DNA of 63,983 nucleotides, the filler included, from Tortispora ganteri (taxonomy: Eukaryota): NCBI GenBank assembly GCA_003707115.1. It is 17 parts of 17 records of this genome, joined end to end, with 100 filler letters (N's around TTAATTAATTAA, not from the genome) between each part and the next. Parts side by side here need not be neighbours in the genome. Positions count along the whole stretch, not along the records: positions 32,219 to 35,869 come from PPNB01000090.1; positions 35,970 to 39,599 come from PPNB01000091.1; positions 39,700 to 43,320 come from PPNB01000092.1; positions 43,421 to 46,992 come from PPNB01000093.1; 13 more parts are not named here. One strand, written 5' to 3'. The notes below the pieces were generated by a model, which saw only the letters and a list, made by a program, of their open reading frames with translations, ran no database searches and was not told the origin of the DNA. This document shows, one piece after another, positions 33,573-45,010 of the stretch. Every line of letters starts with the position of its first letter. Position 1 is the stretch's first letter. Made by a program: the position numbers and the translations under genes.

Positions 33573-35868
33573 ATGAAGACGATGAAGACGATGAAGACGA
33601 TGAAGACGATGAAGACGATGAAGACGATGAAGACGATGAAGACGATGAAGACGATGAAGACGATGAAGACGATGAAGACGATGAAGACGATGAAGACGAT
33701 GAAGACGATGAAGACGAAGAAGACGATGAAGACGAAGAAGACGATGAAGACGACGACGACAATGACGAAGACAATGACGAAGACGAAGATGACAATGACA
33801 ATGACAATGACGAAGGCGAAGATGACAAAGATGAAGAAAGCAATGATGAGGACGAAGATGATGAGGGCGATAAAGATAGTAAAGAAGGCGATAATAACAA
33901 CGATGACGATAACATAGAAGGTGTCGCAGAAGGTTGCGTTGACAATGCTACAGATGTTGAATTTTGCAACATAGAGGCATTATGCGATAAACTCAAAGGA
34001 GTATCCAATAAGATACCTGCCAATGAGCTGGAAATTGCAGCAGCCTTAGGCACAAGATCAACACTTCCAGCCTCAGGGCTAATGAATCTCATAGTGTTAG
34101 ATGGAAACATGAGTGAAATTTGATCAACATCGTCAGTAATGAAAACTAGTCTCATGGGATACCACTCGTTGGCCATGAAATCATAAGAGACATTCCATTG
34201 CTTGATGAAATGTTGTGAGGTTTCATAGCCGCCCACACCAATATCACTGAAGTTTGAACATTGAACAGCACTTTCACCAATAAACAGGTATCCGTATATA
34301 TCCACATCAATAAGAAAATCAATAAAAAGACTGTCCACGTCAATGCTGCTTTGAACATAGAACATAAGCTCTATCAAAATATTTTCTGACTGAGAGGATA
34401 TATCAATAGTAATTATGCCACTAGAGGCATTAACATTCATTGCCGTTCCGGGAAGAGATCTGTAGAGTCCATTAGCCACATATTCTATATCGTGGTTAAT
34501 AGAATCGCTTGAAGTATATATCGCATAATAAACTGACCCAGCTGAGTAGTTTGGCTCCGTATTACAGAATATCTGGTCCGGATCAGGTTCTGGAATAGGG
34601 TCGACACTTCCAGCCACTGGGCCAAGGTATGTGATGTTGTTTGCTGGAAACTCAAATAAATACCCTGCAGGATTATCATTATTAATGAAAACCATTCTCA
34701 TGGGATACCACTCGTTGGCCGTAAAATTGTATGGTATCGTCCATTCCGCGTCGAAAGATTGCGAGTCGTTATAACCGCCTGTACCAATATTACTGATGTT
34801 CGAACATCGGGCAGCATTTTCTCCAATAAACACGTATCCTTGAACAGGTACAGGGTTAAAAATTCCAACAACCAAACTGTCCACGTCTATGTCGCTTTGA
34901 ACATAAAACATAACCTCCAGCAATATATTCTCCGGCTCGGAAAAGATGTCGATACTGAATATGTGAGAAATCGAGTAAAAATTCTTTTCCGTGCTAGGAA
35001 GAATTCGGTAGTGTCCATTAGCGATATATTCCATGTCTGGAGTGACCGCAGCACCTGCAGTATATATCGCGTAGAATATTGACGCCGTTGTATAGTTCGG
35101 CTCTGTTTTACAAAATGCCCAGTTTGGATAAGGATAAGGGGCTCCAGTAGAAGCAGAAAGACTAAAAACACCTGAAGCGGTGCTGTTCGCGTTCATCGAC
35201 GAGAATATGATCGTTGCGTTACTCGTTGAGAGAGTGCTATTAGGCAGCAGTGAGGTCATGGAATTGTTCCAGGAATCTGTGCTATTTGGCGAAATCGAAG
35301 TCGTTGAGTTAATCAAAGATGCAGATATCATAGAACTATTCAACGAAGCAGTGCTATTTGGCGAAATCGAAGTCGTTGAGTTGATCAAAGATGCAGATAT
35401 CATAGAACTGTTCAACGAAGCAGTGCTATTTGGCGACATCGAACTCGTTGAGTTGATCAAAGATGCAGATATCATAGAACTATTCAACGAAGCAGTGCTA
35501 TTTGGCGACATCGAAGTCGTTGAGTTGATCAAAGATGCAGATATCATAGAACTATTCAACGAAGCAGTGCTATTTGGCGACATCGAAGTCGTTGAGTTGA
35601 TCAAAGATGCAGATATCATAGAACTATTCAACGAAGCAGTGCTATTTGGCGACGTCGAAGTCGTAGAGTTGATCAAAGATACAGATATCATAGAACTATT
35701 CAACGAAGCAGTGCTATTTGGCGACGTCGAAGTCGTTGAGTTGATCAAAGATGCAGATATCATAGAACTATTCAACGAAGCAGTGCTATTTGGCGACGTC
35801 GAAGTCGTTGAGTTAATCAAAGATGCAGATATCATAGAACTATTCAACGAAGCAGTGCTATTTGGCGA
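33493..35868 (-). CDS. Related protein: 24-aa N-x-S/T repeat stalk, two tandem GLEYA/PA14-like domains, poly-Ser tail (5' partial)
   Basis: Two copies of YAIY...ANGxYR...E(V/L)MFYV...GYxFIGExAxxC...IGxGG...WYPMR. Confidence 0.85.
33506..33910 (-). repeat. TCN-codon poly-Ser microsatellite ((GATGAAGAC)n on +)
   Basis: Directly visible. Confidence 0.93.
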
Positions 35869-35869
35869 C
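35275..35869 (-). repeat. 72-bp coding repeat NSSMISASLINSTTSxSPNSTASL, about 8 copies
   Basis: Directly visible; 3 sequons per unit. Confidence 0.95.
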
Positions 35870-35969
35870 NNNNNNNNNNNNNNNNNNNNNNNNNNNNNNN
35901 NNNNNNNNNNNNNTTAATTAATTAANNNNNNNNNNNNNNNNNNNNNNNNNNNNNNNNNNNNNNNNNNNN

Positions 35970-36300
35970 GAAAGGATGATTCAACACGGGACTTATTGGG
36001 TTTGAATTTCAACCCCTTTTCTTTATGTTCTTGTTTTATGCGATCTAGTTCTGCCTGTGTTTTTGCCTTCTGCAGCCGGTCTCGCTCTCTGCTCTGCACG
36101 GCAGTTTCTCTATCACGTGCAATTTTGGATGCAATTTTTTCCTTATAATGACGTATTATGTTATCATTTTCTGAAGAGTAGTTTCTGATGTTCAATGCAA
36201 ATTCGAGATTGGTAAAACGGTGAAAGATAGAAACCGTTGATACACTGTAAGGATGCAGAGTGTTCAGTTTCTGCATTAATCGACTGTTAACTCGTAGCAT
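35970..36300 (-). CDS. Putative mitochondrial protein N-terminus (possibly Atp11-like; 3' partial)
   Basis: Presequence-like MLRVNSRL...RNYSS followed by a charged helix; conserved in the second haplotype. The Atp11 resemblance is weak. Confidence 0.5.
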
Positions 36301-37136
36301 TGTTAGTTGTTCCTGTTTAATTATTTGTATTAAAAAACAAAAGGCCACATGCAGTTGATATAGAAGAAAATTTTACAAGATAAGTCAGCGTTCAATAGAG
36401 AAAGCTGGTGGTAGGTTGAAAATCTAAGAGAGTAGTCAATTTGTTTTTGATCGTCAATATCACACGAGAACTCCCAAGGGGCTTGAATCAGGTCAATTGC
36501 CATTCTGAGGAATGTAGGCTAGGTGCATTCCTAGGATATTCAGTTTGCTGATTTACAGCAGTTTATTTCGGATTTCAAATCTTATAAACAAAAACAATAA
36601 AAAATATGCAAGGATCAATTGCAGGCCACTCGTGGCGAGAGATCGGGCTACATGCCTGGACAAACGCTTGTCGATAGCCATGCAGCTCGAATGTAGTAAT
36701 ACGAACATTAACGGAATACTAATAGCAACGCTTGTGCAAGACATATTAATGCGTATCGCTATATATTTGCTAAACTCGACGGTATAGTGGCAAGAATGGG
36801 ATCTAGAAGAAGCACCGTTGTCGTTACTGTCGTCTCGTATTAGTCAGTCAAATAGCTAATTGAATTTAATAAAGTATCTATTACAAATAGCGATCATATA
36901 GGTATGCGATAAAATTCGGTACAGGACGTAATTGTGTCTGAATTTGTGCAGACCTGCACAACTGTGCGAAAAGAGGCAAGAAAGAAGTTTCGTGCGCTTA
37001 AAGATGAGGGTGTGTCTTGGCACTATAGCAGAAGTATCAGTCTAGGTAAGCGTCACTGAAACGGGAATTGAATGCAGGTAACGCTGAATAAAAGGCGCTT
37101 TTTTTTAAATACACGCATTTTCTTCAGGCACACACG

Positions 37137-37559
37137 TTAGGCAGATCGCTCCTTGACCACAGGATTCCAAGCGGCATATTTGGGCTTGATGGTGTTGTAT
37201 GGCACATAAGCGGCAGGAGTTCCACTAGCAAATTGTTTCGTCTTTGGCACTGGATATTTGCGACGGGCAATGTTTTCAGGGGCTAGCTCTGTAGGAGCTT
37301 CCTTGAGTCCGTGAGCGAGCCACGCATGCCATGACTCTTCCAGTGTTGCAGGATCAGGATAGTACTCTTTGTATATGACCCATCGTGTACGTAAATGGAT
37401 CTCGTCTTCTTCAGCATTTTCGTAATATTTGTTTCCATATGAGTCAGTGCCGACCAATCGGCCGTACTTGATATCGCCAAGCTGGACGACTTCCTTGAAA
37501 GCTCTTACGGGGCCGATGCGAAACAGGTTTTTAACCTGTCGGATTAGCGAGGAGGACAT
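37137..37559 (-). CDS. NDUFA12: NADH:ubiquinone oxidoreductase subunit NDUFA12/N7BM
   Basis: GRLVGTDSYGNKYYEN, RTRWVIY, WHAWL, AYVPYNT...W. Confidence 0.93.
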   Translation of the reverse strand: MSSSLIRQVKNLFRIGPVRAFKEVVQLGDIKYGRLVGTDSYGNKYYENAEEDEIHLRTRWVIYKEYYPDPATLEESWHAWLAHGLKEAPTELAPENIARRKYPVPKTKQFASGTPAAYVPYNTIKPKYAAWNPVVKERSA

Positions 37560-38390
37560 TCTTTACAAACAAGAGTACTCAACTAGAACAACGTTTAGCA
37601 ATTATTCTCAGGTTTTCAGAAAACTCACTGATTGATCCTCTATTAGCAGAAGCTATGCGTTTGAAGCAGATCAGTTGGCTATTCTGGCAGGGTCGATGTC
37701 AGTTATTAAGCAAGCAGTAATGAATAGCTCTTGTTTTATTCGTAGAAGTTTTGATTGGACCAAAGGTGCTATAGCAACGAAGACATATAGTTACCACATA
37801 TGATATATTAAATTAAATTATTTATTAAAGTTGGGCACTTACTTGCCCCAAGTTATATAGTTGGCCGCAATATCTAAAATTCTAATCAAGGCTCATTATA
37901 GTTGACAATTGAACGGAAAATTTGTTAACTAGCAGGATCATAAGCATGATTGCAAGCAGGATCTTAAGTAGATTATACGGTATTGTGTGTTAGACCGATG
38001 GCTCAATACAGAAGCAGATTGGCAAGATATTACAGTTGGGCTCGACTGTTTGCTAGAGTGTGAAAATCAGCCTATATTCTTATCACCAACAAACGCTAAA
38101 ATCCTCAAAATCTTCGAAAGCTTCGTTAGAAAGTCTATTAAAGATTTCATATTTATTCTTCCGAATAGCAGCGAATGGGAAGTCAAAATGAAATCATTTA
38201 GACTGGGTTCCGATGTAAAGATAGTTTCATCTTTTGAGGTTGCTGTTACTTTAACTAGATGACACAGTCTTCTTATTGGCTCACTGCAGAGTCCTACACA
38301 AGAGATATAAGTCTACTCTGCAAGATGAGAAGATAATGGCGTCTATAAATTGTACGTTTATCAGCGCAATGGTGTGTTAGCCTAACAGTT

Positions 38391-39599
38391 ATGAAAACAG
38401 CTACATCTACAGTCACTGAAGTTGCGACAGTATTGTGTGTTCCTCCACTGGAAACCACTGTAGTGGACTATCGAGAATTCACATCCGGACAAGGAGTTGC
38501 AACAGTATACGGTGATAACTGCATTCCTGCCGTGAAGACCGTAGACGGATGGTACTGCCACAAATGTACCCCTGCGACAATCTCGTATGTACCTGCACCG
38601 CCACTTGTCAGCGATGCGCACACATACATTTGGTCGTACTACGAACAGGTATCTCTCTCTGTACATGTTGACGTCGATATCAGCTTCGAAATACCTGTCA
38701 TTGTCACTGAGACCGTCACCGAGCCTATCTCCGAAATATCCATCGCTTCCAGTGTACCAAATACGGCCAAGCCGCTTGGAGAAGGGTGTATTGCTATGCC
38801 TCCATATACGCCTTCTGTGGTATATGGAGCTCTTTACACTGAACAAGCCGACTGGTCTGCCGCAGACGTAGCTACTGGAGTGTATCGGAGTGGCAATCTC
38901 ACTACTTTTCCGTTAGGGGTTGATGAGTATAAACTTCATTTTGAATCTACAGATGTTGGACTGACAGAAATCATGATGTATGTCTTGATGGAGGAAGTAA
39001 GCGGATTCAGAGTCTCGTCTGCTGCGGACTCTGGTAATGTCCTGGCGTATGCCTTCATAGGAGAAGGCGCCATGGAATGTGGCAATATCCTCTCTATTGG
39101 CACTGGTGGCTACTCTGATCAGCAATCTTTATCTTATGACAGCGGTTACGTCGTATCTTTTGACTTCTCAGATTCAAAAGATCTCTATTATCCAGTGCGC
39201 TTTGTGTTCGTACAGGAATCGATGAACCGCAAACGTGCATTAGTTGGAGTCATTGCTGAAATCGAGCCAGTTAAACCAAATACTTGTTTGGATTGTGCGG
39301 ATGCAGTAGTCCCTTTGGTTGCCCTCGGAGCCCTAGCTGTGGCACCAGGTGGAAATTCTGTCACAAATACTGCTAGTGGTGAATCAAGATCTAGTTATAG
39401 TAGTTCTTATCCACCTATATCCTCAGATATAGAGTCGACTGCTTCTGACTCGTCTTTGGTTTCATTTGAAAGCTCGTCTTCTATTTCTTTCGGCATATCT
39501 TCTTTGTCATTGTTTTCGAACTCCTCATTGTCGCCATCGCCATCGCCATCGCCATCGCCTTCGCCTTCGCCATCGCCTTCGCCATCGCCTTCGCCATCG
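38391..39599 (+). CDS. Divergent family member (MKTAT type): N-domain, GLEYA/PA14-like domain, Ser/(SP)n (3' partial)
   Basis: GWYCHKCTP...PPLVSDAHTYIWSYYE; ATGVYR...EIMMYV...FIGEGAMECG...YYPVRFV. Confidence 0.87.
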
Positions 39600-40699
39600 N
39601 NNNNNNNNNNNNNNNNNNNNNNNNNNNNNNNNNNNNNNNNNNNTTAATTAATTAANNNNNNNNNNNNNNNNNNNNNNNNNNNNNNNNNNNNNNNNNNNNT
39701 GGTTGTTGCGTATTTAGAGTTACTGCACTTCACGCTAACGACTTTTAGCCTCAAACTCGTGCGCTCGATATGCCGCAGAATGTAACTGGAAAAATGTGCA
39801 TGTACCATCCAGCAACTTGCAGCGTAATCGATACTGGTTTATTCTGAAAAAGCAAATCCATTGTAGATCGTTATGTCATGGAAGGTATTGATCAGTCATT
39901 GATGTGCGCCGGCTGTTGGCAAGTAGGAGGAGTTTCCTCCATAACTTAAACCCTTTTTAAAACTAAGCTCTGCTCAATAAGTATGTAGGTTTTATGCACG
40001 TTCAAGATTTAGATCATTCATTTAACCTTCAGTTAACTAAATCCTCAAACTTTTTTAGTCGGATACGCCAATATCATAGTTTGTCGACTTCTTTGCGCGT
40101 TAAAATCTACCGAAAGCAATTTTGAGAACTTTTTTTTCTGCTTGGCCGACTGTGATCATATTTGGCATGTACCGGTCAATGACTATTTCGTAATACACCA
40201 AGCATTCCGTCTAGTCGTTTCAGCAACAAAGTATAATGTGCTAGGCTCTGCGTCAATGATTTACTGGTCCGCGAGCATTGCTGCCATGCTGCAATTCGCA
40301 GTTTGCAGTTTGCAATACAGCTGCGGTTATCGCACTAGTCTCCTCTCGCTCATTTAATTAAATTTTAAGTTCACCTAGCATTAGTTTAGTAGGCTTTCCA
40401 AATACCGCACTTTTAATATCGATGGTTTTGGTAATTCGCGTAGACAATGCCTGCTCATTTACATTCAGTCAAACATGTATCAATGTAGGGGTGGCGGGGG
40501 TTTTATATATACTGTATTCCATTTCGAGACATCACGTGACTTGTGCTTATTTCCATTTTATAATGTCCCAATCAGGAAGTTTAGCCAACTCTATATTATC
40601 TACTCTGTTCGCATCTAATCTCCGTTATCGCCGAGATTATTGCTCTCTCTCTCTTTCCACTCCCGTCCTAAACTATCAATACATAACTACAAGAATAAA

Positions 40700-41023
40700 C
40701 TAGACGGGGTTGGAGAAATGAATATCAAAAAATGAAAATCTCTCTCTATAGACCACAAGTCGCAACGGCGTCCATCCATTGTTCAATCCCTGATCTATAA
40801 CCCAATCACTTCCAGCGCTCTGATTGTATTCATATTTCCATCCCCCGCTTCCAATAGTCTCTTTGTCCCCGCACCTCATCGCCCCTTCACCCCCGAACAC
40901 ATATCCTATATATGGGTCTACTGCGGCCATATTTGAAAAGATGCGCAATAACTTATTTGGTCCGGAAACATACACCAGCACCTCTATCAGCGTCGCTGCT
41001 AAGTGAACAGAGTGGAAAGTCAT
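40700..41023 (-). pseudogene. Orphan 5'-truncated C-terminal variable domain with intact frame
   Basis: EVLVYVSGP...GGEGAMRCGD...GWTPLRLVVY...FSNPV*, with no stalk or first third of the domain. In-frame ATG at 41023. Confidence 0.75.
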
Positions 41024-41468
41024 GGATAGGATGTAAGTTGACACAATGTTGTTGTCATTCTTATACTTTTATAGCCCCAGCCCTGCGCCTCGTTTTTAAT
41101 ATACCGACATCAAGAGGTTTCTATAACAAATGCGCCAAGATAGCTAAAATTTGTCACTTGATAGTCAAGAGACACAGACGAGATGAATCCATCCATGTTA
41201 TTGTTTAGCGCTATCATGGACTCGATATCTAAGTAAGGGTGGCGGAGGTTTTATATATATTATATTACCATTTCGTGACGTCACGTGATATATGTTTATT
41301 CCCATCTGGTTTTGTCCCAATCAGGAGATTTGCTAAACTCTATCTTATTTATCTAATCTCCGCTATCGCCGAGATTAGGTTTCCATTTCCCCTCAATTCA
41401 CTCTCTCTCTCTTTACTCCCGTCCTCACACACAGCTGAAACTATCCATTTAATTACTAGAAAAATAAA

Positions 41469-43319
41469 CTAGAAAATTGATGTATCGAAGCCAATATAAT
41501 ACACATTCGGAATACCACTGTACGCCACGATTCGCAACGGCGTCCACACCCCGTACAAGTCCTCATGCAAATACCATATATATTGGCCAATGAACTGAAA
41601 TGCCCTTCCCCCACTTCCAATCGCCTCTATATTCCCGCACTTAATCCCACCTTCCCCGATATACACGTATCCTATGAAATCGCTTTCATCTGTATCATAA
41701 TTGACCATGATATTGAAAATGTAATTCGGTCCGTGAACATATACCAGCACCTCCGTCACTGCATTGCGATCATTGACGATTATTAGATCCTCAGAAATAT
41801 CCACGTCAACCTTGCTGGAATTCCCCATCCGGTACTTCCCTTCTGCTACTTGCATTTCAGTGTACTCCCAAAGGTCCACCGCCCATCCCCTCGCCAGCAG
41901 CTTCTGCGAAGGTTCGCACTGGCAAGCGTTAGACAACACTCCGCAGCTACTGCTACTGGACACGCTAGAACTCCACTTAGCTGAGCTGGATACGCTCCAA
42001 CCAACACTTGAACTCAAACTAGAACTCAAACTAGAACTAGAACTAGAACTAGAACTAGAACTAGAACTAGAACTAGAACTAGAACTAGAACTAGAACTAG
42101 AACTAGAACTAGAACTAGAACTCAGACTAGAACTAGAACTCAGACTAGAACTAGAACTCAGACTAGAACTGGAACTCAGACTAGAACTAGGACTGGAAGT
42201 AGAAATAGAACTAGAACTCAAACTAGAACTAGAACTAGAACTAGAACTAGAACTAGAACTAGAACTAGAACTAGAACTAGAACTAGAACTAGAACTAGAA
42301 CTAGAACTCAGACTAGAACTAGAACTCAGACTAGAACTAGAACTCAGACTAGAACTAGAACTCAGACTAGAACTGGAACTCAGACTAGAACTGGAACTCA
42401 GACTAGAACTAGGACTGGAAGTAGAAATAGAACTAGAACTCAGACTAGAACTAGAACTCAGACTAGAACTAGAACTCAGACTAGAACTAGAACTCAGACT
42501 AGAACTAGAACTCAGACTAGAACTAGAACTCAGACTAGAACTAGAACTCAGACTAGAACTATATGAGGAAATAGGATCAACTGGCTCCGGTGATCCACTT
42601 GCAGAACCATATACTGAAATAGCTATTGTCTCGCCGCTAATGGTAGTGAACATGACACTCACTGTCACAGAGACCCCGCCCTGCCGCTTGAATTGACCCG
42701 CCGATCCAAAGCCCGCAACAGGAATCACTATACGGATTGGGAACAAATACCCACCGGCAAAATCGACGGGAAAACTTGCCTTGAACCCATTCGAACTGTC
42801 TAGAGGGGCAGTGGCAGAAGAGCCAGAAGAACCAATAAGGTCCATGTTATCGCACCGCATAGCCAATTCGCCATCAAAGAGGTACGCGTAAGTATCTGCA
42901 AAGTTACTAGGATCCTGTCCCTGTACATCTACAAACGTAACGTCGGCTGATGGTTCAAGGTAGAAAAGGTACTCGACATAGCCCTGTTCGGATACCGATG
43001 CCGATATAGAGTTTGACGAGACTGTAGCGGCCACATTGTCTCGTTGGTAGTTCCTGTACTCACCGTTCTGGATATCGCTCGACGACAAGTCTACTGCGCC
43101 CTCGTATATAGCGGCAAATATTTTGCCTGCGCTGTAAGCAGCAGTAGTTGAGCATGCGTCTGCAGGCACAGTCGTGGGAGCTGTCGTTGGAACAGTTACT
43201 GTAGCTGTAGTGGGTGGCGTAGCGGGGTGAGTAGGCGGAGGCGTAGGTGCTATAGTCTCCGTGATAATGACTGGAATCTCAATAGAGACGTGCACGTCAA
43301 CCGACACGGACATGGACAC
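41469..43319 (-). CDS. Family member: end of N-domain, domain A, poly-Ser, variable domain (5' end on contig 8643-9024)
   Basis: Continuous ORF with both GLEYA/PA14-like domains. Confidence 0.9.
   Translation of the reverse strand: MSMSVSVDVHVSIEIPVIITETIAPTPPPTHPATPPTTATVTVPTTAPTTVPADACSTTAAYSAGKIFAAIYEGAVDLSSSDIQNGEYRNYQRDNVAATVSSNSISASVSEQGYVEYLFYLEPSADVTFVDVQGQDPSNFADTYAYLFDGELAMRCDNMDLIGSSGSSATAPLDSSNGFKASFPVDFAGGYLFPIRIVIPVAGFGSAGQFKRQGGVSVTVSVMFTTISGETIAISVYGSASGSPEPVDPISSYSSSLSSSSSLSSSSSLSSSSSLSSSSSLSSSSSLSSSSSLSSSSISTSSPSSSLSSSSSLSSSSSLSSSSSLSSSSSLSSSSSLSSSSSSSSSSSSSSSSSSSSSSSSSSSSSLSSSSISTSSPSSSLSSSSSLSSSSSLSSSSSLSSSSSSSSSSSSSSSSSSSSSSSSSSSSSSSLSSSLSSSVGWSVSSSAKWSSSVSSSSSCGVLSNACQCEPSQKLLARGWAVDLWEYTEMQVAEGKYRMGNSSKVDVDISEDLIIVNDRNAVTEVLVYVHGPNYIFNIMVNYDTDESDFIGYVYIGEGGIKCGNIEAIGSGGRAFQFIGQYIWYLHEDLYGVWTPLRIVAYSGIPNVYYIGFDTSIF
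42010..42560 (-). repeat. (AGTTCT)n / SSSSSL poly-Ser repeat
   Basis: Directly visible. Confidence 0.95.
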
Positions 43320-43420
43320 GNNNNNNNNNNNNNNNNNNNNNNNNNNNNNNNNNNNNNNNNNNNNTTAATTAATTAANNNNNNNNNNNNNNNNNNNNNNNN
43401 NNNNNNNNNNNNNNNNNNNN

Positions 43421-43751
43421 GAAAGGATGATTCAACACGGGACTTATTGGGTTTGAATTTCAACCCCTTTTCTTTATGTTCTTGTTTTATGCGATCTAGT
43501 TCTGCCTGTGTTTTTGCCTTCTGCAGCCGGTCTCGCTCTCTGCTCTGCACGGCAGTTTCTCTATCACGTGCAATTTTGGATGCAATTTTTTCCTTATAAT
43601 GACGTATTATGTTATCATTCTCTGAAGAGTAGTTTCTGATGTTCAATGCAAATTCGAGATTGGTAAAACGGTGAAAGATAGAAACCGTTGATACACTGTA
43701 AGGATGCAGAGTGTTCAGTTTCTGCATTAATCGACTGTCAACTCGTAGCAT
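43421..43751 (-). CDS. Second haplotype of 35970-36300
   Basis: Near-identical sequence. Confidence 0.5.
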
Positions 43752-44587
43752 TGTTAGTTGTTCCTGTTAAATTATTTGTATTAAAAAACAAAAGGCCTCA
43801 TGCAGTTGATATAGAAGAAAATTTTACAAGATAAGTCAGCGTTCAATACAGAAAGCTGGTGGTAGGTTGAAAATCTAAGAGAGTAGTCAATTTGTTTTTG
43901 ATCGTCAATATCACACGAGAACTCCCAAGGGGCTTGAATCAGGTCAATTGCCATTCTGAGGAATGTAGGCTAGGTGCATTCCTAAGATATTCAGTTTGCT
44001 GATTTACAGCAGTTTATTTCGGATTTCAAATCTTATAAACAAAAACAATAAAAAATATGCAAGGATCAATTGCAGGCCACTCGTGGCGAGAGATCGGGCT
44101 ACATGCCTGAACAAACGCTTGTCGATAGCCATGCAGCTCGAATGTAGTAATACGAACATTAACGGAATACTAATAGCAACGCTTGTGCAAGACATATTAA
44201 TGCGTATCGCTATATATTTGCTAAACTCGACGGTATAGTGGCAAGAATGGGATCTAGAAGAAGCACCGTTGTCGTTACTGTCGTCTCGTATTAGTCAGTC
44301 AAATAGCTAATTGAATTTAATAAAGTATCTATTACGAATAGCGATCATATAGGTATGCGATAAAATTCGGTACAGGACGTTATTGTGTCTGAATTTGTGC
44401 ATACCTGCACAACTGTGCGAAAAGAGGCAAGAAAGAAGTTTCGTGCGCTTAAAGATGAGGGTGTGTCTTGGCACTATAGCAGAAGTATCAGTCTAGGTAA
44501 GCGTCACTGAAACGGGAATTGAATGCAGGTAACGCTGAATAAGAGGCGCTTTTAATTTAATACACGCATTTTCTTCAGGCACACACG

Positions 44588-45010
44588 TTAGGCAGATCGC
44601 TCCTTGACCACAGGATTCCAAGCGGCATATTTGGGCTTGATGGTGTTGTATGGCACATAAGCGGCAGGAGTTCCACTAGCAAATTGTTTCGTCTTTGGCA
44701 CTGGATATTTGCGACGGGCGATGTTTTCAGGGGCTAGCTCTGTAGGAGCTTCTTTGAGTCCGTGAGCGAGCCACGCATGCCATGACTCTTCCAGTGTTGC
44801 AGGATCAGGATAGTACTCTTTGTATATGACCCATCGTGTACGTAAATGGATCTCGTCTTCTTCAGCATTTTCGTAATATTTGTTTCCATATGAGTCAGTG
44901 CCGACCAATCGGCCGTACTTGATATCGCCAAGCTGGACGACTTCCTTGAAAGCTCTTACGGGGCCGATGCGAAACAGGTTTTTAACCTGTCGGATTAGCG
45001 AGGAGGACAT
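44588..45010 (-). CDS. NDUFA12: NDUFA12/N7BM, second haplotype
   Basis: Protein identical to 37137-37559. Confidence 0.93.
   Translation of the reverse strand: MSSSLIRQVKNLFRIGPVRAFKEVVQLGDIKYGRLVGTDSYGNKYYENAEEDEIHLRTRWVIYKEYYPDPATLEESWHAWLAHGLKEAPTELAPENIARRKYPVPKTKQFASGTPAAYVPYNTIKPKYAAWNPVVKERSA

Noticed and set aside
36545..38262. Short ORFs 36545-36787 and 37987-38262, repeated at 43996 and 45438
   Set aside because: Non-ATG starts and no recognisable motifs; their recurrence just reflects the haplotig duplication.
41764..42696. Antisense or alternative-frame repeat ORFs (ELELEL, RRRSTAT 11013-12458, LLNLV 48433-49212, 35180-35917, MKT 33480-33917, 62231-63523)
   Set aside because: Stop-free shadows of the coding minisatellites; the Ser frame is the one continuous with the globular domains.
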